A DNA stretch of 64,000 nucleotides from Auanema rhodensis (Eukaryota; Animalia; Nematoda). The stretch's first letter is position 1. Each line of letters begins with the position of its first letter. The notes under the pieces are model-generated. The model had not been told where the DNA came from and made no database searches. It saw only the letters and a list, made by a program, of their open reading frames with translations. Of this stretch, positions 55,701 through 64,000 are shown piece by piece. The position numbers and the translations under genes are program-made. The stretch spans positions 22,940,001 to 23,004,000 of the forward strand of contig OZ059894.1 of assembly GCA_964057225.1 (NCBI GenBank). Reading direction: 5' to 3'.

Positions 55701-57660
55701 TAAAAATCCGCATTGAATGCACTATACTACATTGAGAAACGCTTAATACACAAATTAGTTATGATCGTTTGAAAAATGATGCATTAGTGTATGTTGAGTT
55801 TCCATGTACACTCAATATTGCTTCCAAAAACATTTTGACAAAAATTTTTTCGAGAAATTTCAAAATAATTTAGCAAAAAGTAGATGTTTTCAGATTCCTT
55901 TTTTCAAGGCAAAGACGATGGACAATGTTATTCAACAAAAAAATTATTTCTTCAGGGTGAAAATCGAGGATATAAGTGTGAACTTATATCAGTTGATATC
56001 TCGGTGCATTTTTAAGCTAGCGCAAATCTGATAACACAGATCGACGCAGCTTAAAAATCCGCATCGAATGCACTATACTACATTGAGAAACGCTTGATAC
56101 AAAAATTAGTTATGATCGTTTGAAAAATGATGCATTAGTGTATGTTGAGTTTCCATGTACACTCAACATTGCTTCCAAAAACATTTTGACAAAAATTTTT
56201 TCGAAAAATTTCAAAAGAATTTAGCAAAAAGTAGAAGTTTTAAGATTCCATTTTTCAAGGCAAAGACGATAGACAATGTTATTTAACGAAAAAATTAATT
56301 CTTCAGGGTGAAAATCGAGGATATATGTGTGAACTTATATCAGTTGATATCTCGGTGCATTTTTAAGCTAGCGCAAATCTGATAACACAGATCGACGCAG
56401 CTTAAAAATCCGCATCGAATGCACCATACTACATTGAGAAACGCTTGATACAAAAATTAGTTATGATCGTTTGAAAAATGATGCATTAGTGTATGTTGAG
56501 TTTCCATGTACACTCAACATTGCTTCCAAAAACATTTTGACAAAAATTTTTTCGAAAAATTTCAAAAGAATTTAGCAAAAAGTAGATGTTTTTAGATTCC
56601 ATTTTTCAAGGCAAAGACGATAGACAATGTTATTTAACGAAAAAATTAATTCTTTAGGGTGAAAATCGAGGATATAAGTGTGAACTTATATCAGTTGATA
56701 TCTCGGTGCATTTTTAAGCTAGCGCAAATCTGATCACACAGATCGACGCAGCTTAAAAATCCGCATCGAATGCACTATACTACATTGAGAAACGCTTAAT
56801 ACACAAATTAGTTATGATCGTTTGAAAAATGATGCATTAGTGTATGTTGAGTTTCCATGTACACTCAATATTGCTTCCAAAAACATTTTGACAAAAATTT
56901 TTTCGAAAAATTTCAAAAGAATTTAGCAAAAAGTAGATGTTTTTAGATTCCATTTTTCAAGGCAAAGACGATAGACAATGTTATTCAACGAAAAAATTAT
57001 TTCTTCAGGGTGAAAATCGAGGATATAAGTGTGAACTTATATCAGTTGATATCTCGGTGCATTTTTAAGCTAGCGCAAATCTGATCACACAGATCGACGC
57101 AGCTTAAAAATCCGCATCGAATGCACTTTACTACATTGAGAAACGCTTAATACAAAAATTAGTTATGATCGTTTGAAAAATGATGCATTAGTGTATGTTG
57201 AGATTCCATGTACACTCAATATTGCTTCCAAAAACATTTTGACAAAAATTTTTTCGAAAAATTTCAAAATAATTTAGCAAAAAGTAGATGTTTTTAGATT
57301 CCATTTTTCAAGGCAAAGACGATAGACAATGTTATTTAACGAAAAAATTAATTCTTTAGGGTGAAAATCGAGGATATAAGTGTGAACTTATATCAGTTGA
57401 TATCTCGATGCATTTTTAAGCTAGCGCAAATCTGATCACACAGATCGACGCAGCTTAAAAATCCGCATCGAATGCACTATACTACATTGAGAAACGCTTA
57501 ATACACAAATTAGTTATGATCGTTTGAAAAATGATGCATTAGTGTATGTTGAGTTTCCATGTACACTCAATATTGCTTCCAAAAACATTTTGACAAAAAT
57601 TTTTTCGAAAAATTTCAAAAGAATTTAGCAAAAAGTAGATGTTTTTAGATTCCATTTTTC

Positions 57661-57680
57661 AAGGCAAAAAAATTTTTGTC
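57661..57680. other. Orientation-switch (inversion) junction with 2-bp AA microhomology
   Basis: The forward monomer matches through ...CAAGGCAAA (57668, monomer position 111). The reverse monomer starts at AAAAAATTTTTGTC (57667, monomer position 48). The A7 run at 57666-57672 is explained by both with a 2-nt overlap and no inserted bases. Confidence 0.95.
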
Positions 57681-60600
57681 AAAATGTTTTTGGAAGCAAT
57701 GTTGAGTGTACATGGAAACTCAACATACACCAATGCATCATTTTTCAAACGATCATAACTAATTTTTGTATTGAGCGTTTCTCAATGTGGTATAGTGCAT
57801 TCGATGCGGATTTTTAAGCTGCGTCGATCTGTGTTATCAGATTTGCGCTAGCTTAAAAATGCACCGAGATATCAACTGATATAAGTTCACACTTATATCC
57901 TCGATTTTCACCCTGAAGAATTAATTTTTTCGTTGAATAACATTGTTCATCGTCTTTGCCTTGAAAAATGGAATCTAAAAACATCTACTTTTTGCTAAAT
58001 TATTCTGAAATTTTTCGAAAAAATTTTTGTCAAAATGTTTTTGGAAGCAATGTTGAGTGTACATGGAAACTCAACATACACTAATGCATCATTTTTCAAA
58101 CGATCATAACTAATTTTTGTATTAAGCGTTTCTCAATGTAGTATAGTGCATTCGATGCGGATTTTTAAGCTGCGTCGATCTGTGTTATCAGATTTGCGCT
58201 AGCTTAAAAATGCACCGAGATATCAACTGATATAAGTTCACACTTATATCCTCGATTTTCACCCTGAAGAAATAATTTTTTTGTTGAATAACATTGTCCA
58301 TCGTCTTTGCCTTGAAAAAAGGAATCTAAAAACATCTACTTTTTGCTAAATTATTTTGAAATTTCTCGAAAAAATTTTTGTCAAAATGTTTTTGGAAGCA
58401 ATGTTGAGTGTACATGGAAACTCAACATACACTAATGCATCATTTTTCAAACGATCATAACTAATTTTTGTATCAAGCGTTTCTCAATGTAGTATAGTGC
58501 ATTCGATGCGGATTTTTAAGCTGCGTGGATCTGTGTTATCAGATTTGCGCTAGCTTAAAAATGCACCGAGATATCAACTGATATAAGTTCACACTTATAT
58601 CCTCGATTTTCACCCTGAAGAAATAATTTTTTCGTTGAATAACATTGTCCATCGTCTTTGCCTTGAAAAAAGGAATCTAAAAACATCTACTTTTTGCTAA
58701 ATTATTTTGAAATTTCTCGAAAAAATTTTTGTCAAAATGTTTTTGGAAGCAATATTGAGTGTACATGGAAACTCAACATACACTAATGCATCATTTTTCA
58801 AACGATCATAACTAATTTTTGTATTAAGCGTTTCTCAATGTAGTAGAGTGCATTCGATGCGGATTTTTAAGCTGCGTCGATCTGTGTTATCAGATTTGCG
58901 CTAGCTTAAAAATGCACCGAGATATCAACTGATATAAGTTCACACTTATATCCTCGATTTTCACCCTGAAGAATTGATTTTTTCGTTGAATAACATTGTC
59001 CATCGTCTTTGCCTCGAAAAAAAGAATCTAAAAACATCTACTTTTTGCTAAATTATTTTGAAATTTTTCGAAAAAATTTTTGTCAAAATGTTTTTGGAAG
59101 CAATGTTGAGTGTACATGGAAACTCAACATACACTAATGCATCATTTTTCAAACGATCATAACTAATTTTTGTATCAAGCGTTTCTCAATGTAGTATAGT
59201 GCATTCGATGCGGATTTTTAAGCTGCGTCGATCTGTGTTATCAGATTTGCGCTAACTTAAAAATGCACCGAGATATCAACTGATATAAGTTCACACTTAT
59301 ATCCTCGATTTTCACCCTGAAGAAATAATTTTTTTGTTGAATAACATTGTCCATCGTCTTTGCCTTGAAAAAAGGAATCTAAAAACATCTACTTTTTGCT
59401 AAATTATTTTGAAATTTCTCGAAAAAATTTTTGTCAAAATGTTTTTGGAAGCAATGTTGAGTGTACATGGAAACTCAACATACACTAATGCATCATTTTT
59501 CAAACGATCATAACTAATTTTTGTATCAAGCGTTTCTCAATGTAGTATAGTGCATTCGATGCGGATTTTTAAGCTGCGTGGATCTGTGTTATCAGATTTG
59601 CGCTAGCTTAAAAATGCACCGAGATATCAACTGATATAAGTTCACACTTATATCCTCGATTTTCACCCTGAAGAAATAATTTTTTCGTTGAATAACATTG
59701 TCCATCGTCTTTGCCTTGAAAAAAGGAATCTAAAAACATCTACTTTTTGCTAAATTATTTTGAAATTTCTCGAAAAAATTTTTGTCAAAATGTTTTTGGA
59801 AGCAATATTGAGTGTACATGGAAACTCAACATACACTAATGCATCATTTTTCAAACGATCATAACTAATTTTTGTATTAAGCGTTTCTCAATGTAGTAGA
59901 GTGCATTCGATGCGGATTTTTAAGCTGCGTCGATCTGTGTTATCAGATTTGCGCTAGCTTAAAAATGCACCGAGATATCAACTGATATAAGTTCACACTT
60001 ATATCCTCGATTTTCACCATGAAGAATTGATTTTTTCGTTGAATAACATTGTCCATCGTCTTTGCCTCGAAAAAAAGAATCTAAAAACATCTACTTTTTG
60101 CTAAATTATTTTGAAATTTTTCGAAAAAATTTTTGTCAAAATGTTTTTGGAAGCAATGTTGAGTGTACATGGAAACTCAACATACACTAATGCATCATTT
60201 TTCAAACGATCATAACTAATTTTTGTATCAAGCGTTTCTCAATGTAGTATAGTGCATTCGATGCGGATTTTTAAGCTGCGTCGATCTGTGTTATCAGATT
60301 TGCGCTAACTTAAAAATGCACCGAGATATCAACTGATATAGGTTCACACTTATATCCTCGATTTTCACCCTGAAGAAATAATTTTTTCGTTGAAAAACAT
60401 TGTCCATCGTCTTTGCCTTGAAAAAAGGAATCTAAAAACATCTACTTTTTGCTAAATTATTTTGAAATTTTTCGAAAAAATTTTTGTCAAAATGTTTTTG
60501 GAAGCAATGTTGAGTGTACATGGAAACTCAACATACACTAATGCATCATTTTTCAAACGATCATAACTAATTTTTGTATTAAGCGTTTCTCAATGTAGTA

Positions 60601-63600
60601 TAGTGCATTCGATGCGGATTTTTAAGCTGCGTCGATCTGTGTTATCAGATTTGCGCTAGCTTAAAAATGCACCGAGATATCAACTGATATAAGTTCACAC
60701 TTATATCCTCGATTTTCACCCTGAAGAATTAATTTTTTCGTTGAATAACATTGTCCATCGTCTTTGCCTTGAAAAATGGAATCTAAAAACATTTACTTTT
60801 TGCTAAATTATTTTGAAATTTTTCGAAAAAATTTTTGTCAAAATGTTTTTGGAAGCAATGTTGAGTGTACATGGAAACTCAACATACACTAATGCATCAT
60901 TTTTCAAACGATCATAACTAATTTTTGTATCAAGCGTTTCTCAATGTAGTATAGTGCATTCGATGCGGATTTTTAAGCTGCGTCGATCTGTGTTATCAGA
61001 TTTGCGCTAGCTTAAAAATGCACCGAGATATCAACTGATATAAGTTCACACTTATATCCTCGATTTTCACCCTGAAGAATTAATTTTTTCGTTGAATAAC
61101 ATTGTCCATCGTCTTTGCCTTGAAAAATGGAATCTAAAAACATCTACTTTTTGCTAAATTATTTTGAAATTTTTCGAAAAAATTTTTGTCAAAATGTTTT
61201 TGGAAGCAATGTTGAGTGTACATGGAAACTCAACATACACTAATGCATCATTTTTCAAACGATCATAACTAATTTTTGTATCAAGCGTTTCTCAATGTAG
61301 TATAGTGCATTCGATGCGGATTTTTAAGCTGCGTCGATCTGTGTTATCAGATTTGCGCTAACTTAAAAATGCACCGAGATATCAACTGATATAAGTTCAC
61401 ACTTATATCCTCGATTTTCACCCTGAAGAAATAATTTTTTCGTTGAATAACATTGTCCATCGTCTTTGCCTTGAAAAATGGAATCTAAAAACATCTACTT
61501 TTTGCTAAATTCTTTTGAAATTTTTCGAAAAAATTTTTGTCAAAATGTTTTTGGAAGCAATGTTGAGTGTACATGGAAACTCAACATACACTAATGCATC
61601 ATTTTTCAAACGATCATAACTAATTTTTGTATCAAGCGTTTCTCAATGTAGTATAGTGCATTCGCTGCGGATTTTTAAGCTGCGTCGATCTGTGTTATCA
61701 GATTTGCGCTAGCTTAAAAATGCACCGAGATATCAACTGATATAAGTTCACACTTATATCCTCGATTTTCACCCTGAAGAATTAATTTTTTCGTTGAATA
61801 ACATTGTCCATCGTCTTTGCCTTGAAAAAAGGAATCTAAAAACATCTACTTTTTGCTAAATTATTTTGAAATTTTTCGAAAAAATTTTTGTCAAAATGTT
61901 TTTGGAAGCAATGTTGAGTGTACATGGAAACTCAACATACACTAATGCATCATTTTTCAAACGATCATAACTAATTTTTGTATCAAGCGTTTCTCAATGT
62001 AGTATAGTGCATTCGATGCGGATTTTTAAGCTGCGTCGATCTGTGTTATCAGATTTGCGCTAACTTAAAAATGCACCGAGATATCAACTGATATAAGTTC
62101 ACACTTATATCCTCGATTTTCACCCTGAAGAAATAATTTTTTCGTTGAATAACATTGTCCATCGTCTTTGCCTTGAAAAATGGAATCTAAAAACATCTAC
62201 TTTTTGCTAAATTCTTTTGAAATTTTTCGAAAAAATTTTTGTCAAAATGTTTTTGGAAGCAATGTTGAGTGTACATGGAAACTCAACATACACTAATGCA
62301 TCATTTTTCAAACGATCATAACTAATTTTTGTATCAAGCGTTTCTCAATGTAGTATAGTGCATTCGCTGCGGATTTTTAAGCTGCGTCGATCTGTGTTAT
62401 CAGATTTGCGCTAGCTTAAAAATGCACCGAGATATCAACTGATATAAGTTCACACTTATATCCTCGATTTTCACCCTGAAGAATTAATTTTTTCGTTGAA
62501 TAACATTGTCCATCGTCTTTGCCTTGAAAAAAGGAATCTAAAAACATCTACTTTTTGCTAAATTATTTTGAAATTTTTCGAAAAAATTTTTGTCAAAATG
62601 TTTTTGGAAGCAATGTTGAGTGTACATGGAAACTCAACATACACTAATGCATCATTTTTCAAACGATCATAACTAATTTTTGTATCAAGCGTTTCTCAAT
62701 GTAGTATAGTGCATTCGATGCGGATTTTTAAGCTGCGTCGATCTGTGTTATCAGATTTGCGCTAGCTTAAAAATGCACCGAGATATCAACTGATATAAGT
62801 TCACACTTATATCCTCGATTTTCACCCTGAAGAATTAATTTTTTCGTTGAATAACATTGTCCATCGTCTTTGCCTTGAAAAATGGAATCTAAAAACATTT
62901 ACTTTTTGCTAAATTATTTTGAAATTTTTCGAAAAAATTTTTGTCAAAATGTTTTTGGAAGCAATGTTGAGTGTACATGGAAACTCAACATACACTAATG
63001 CATCATTTTTCAAACGATCATAACTAATTTTTGTATCAAGCGTTTCTCAATGTAGTATAGTGCATTCGATGCGGATTTTTAAGCTGCGTCGATCTGTGTT
63101 ATCAGATTTGCGCTAGCTTAAAAATGCACCGAGATATCAACTGATATAAGTTCACACTTATATCCTCGATTTTCACCCTGAAGAATTAATTTTTTCGTTG
63201 AATAACATTGTCCATCGTCTTTGCCTTGAAAAATGGAATCTAAAAACATCTACTTTTTGCTAAATTATTTTGAAATTTTTCGAAAAAATTTTTGTCAAAA
63301 TGTTTTTGGAAGCAATGTTGAGTGTACATGGAAACTCAACATACACTAATGCATCATTTTTCAAACGATCATAACTAATTTTTGTATCAAGCGTTTCTCA
63401 ATGTAGTATAGTGCATTCGATGCGGATTTTTAAGCTGCGTCGATCTGTGTTATCAGATTTGCGCTAGCTTAAAAATGCACCGAGATATCAACTGATATAA
63501 GTTCACACTTATATCCTCGATTTTCACCCTGAAGAATTAATTTTTTCGTTGAATAACATTGTCCATCGTCTTTGCCTTGAAAAATGGAATCTAAAAACAT

Positions 63601-64000
63601 CTACTTTTTGCTAAATTATTTTGAAATTTTTCGAAAAAATTTTTGTCAAAATGTTTTTGGAAGCAATGTTGAGTGTACATGGAAACTCAACATACACTAA
63701 TGCATCATTTTTCAAACGATCATAACTAATTTTTGTATCAAGCGTTTCTCAATGTAGTATAGTGCATTTGCTGCGGATTTTTAAGCTGCGTCGATCTGTG
63801 TTATCAGATTTGCGCTAACTTAAAAATGCACCGAGATATCAACTGATATAAGTTCACACTTATATCCTCGATTTTCACCCTGAAGAAATAATTTTTTCGT
63901 TGAATAACATTGTCCATCGTCTTTGCCTTGAAAAATGGAATCTAAAAACATCTACTTTTTGCTAAATTCTTTTGAAAATTTTCGAAAAAATTTTTGTCAA
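57667..64000 (-). repeat. Same 351-bp satellite in inverted orientation (~18 copies, truncated by window end)
   Basis: From 57667 the sequence reads AAAAAATTTTTGTCAAAATGTTTTTGGAAGCAATGTTGAGTGTACATG, the reverse complement of monomer positions 48 down to 1. It then continues with a 351-bp period. Confidence 0.99.

Larger units (their letters stand above)
1..57668 (+). repeat. Tandem satellite array, 351-bp monomer, forward orientation (164 full copies + 111 bp)
   Basis: CATGTACACTCAA recurs at 1, 352, 703, ... 3511, 7021, 14041, 21061, an exact 351-bp period. The last forward monomer starts at 57558 = 1+164x351-7, matching the seven 1-bp deletions I could locate. Copies differ by only a few substitutions. 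Confidence 0.99.

Noticed and set aside
40363-56031. Three identical 75-aa ORFs (40363, 46329, 55804)
   Set aside because: They need the rare TAG>CAG variant together with the TAT allele at position 145. They are present in 3 of ~182 monomers and simply track block duplications. The monomer length being a multiple of 3 does not produce a continuous frame.
1-64000. CRISPR array or prokaryotic repeat system
   Set aside because: There are no unique spacers, the whole 351-bp unit is repeated head to tail, and no cas or other genes are present.
57600-64000. Inversion as a foldback/chimeric-read artefact
   Set aside because: An artefactual foldback would mirror the immediately adjacent monomers. 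The inverted block instead has different variants, matches 32-37.8 kb and carries its own private changes. Read-level confirmation is still needed.

Overview
The whole 64-kb window is one AT-rich tandem satellite array (monomer about 31% GC by hand count). The monomer is 351 bp (phase taken from CATGTACACTCAACATTG at 1, 352, 703, ...) and there are about 182 copies in total. From 1 to 57668 there are 164 full monomers plus a 111-bp partial on the + strand. At 57667-57668 the array flips through a 2-bp AA overlap and continues for about 18 monomers on the - strand to the window end. I see no genes, RNA genes, CRISPR spacers or transposon insertions; the six listed ORFs are chance read-throughs created by single substitutions in the monomer. 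The notable structure is architectural. (1) The inverted block is not a mirror of the DNA next to the junction. Its diagnostic variants match, in reverse order, the forward segment at about 32.0-37.8 kb, some 20 kb away. (2) The monomer is largely built from nested inverted repeats. (3) The array is a mosaic of variant-defined domains and local higher-order duplications of 2, 3, 6-7, 8, 14 and 17 monomers. This looks like eukaryotic (peri)centromeric or heterochromatic satellite DNA, but I cannot name the organism or family from sequence alone.
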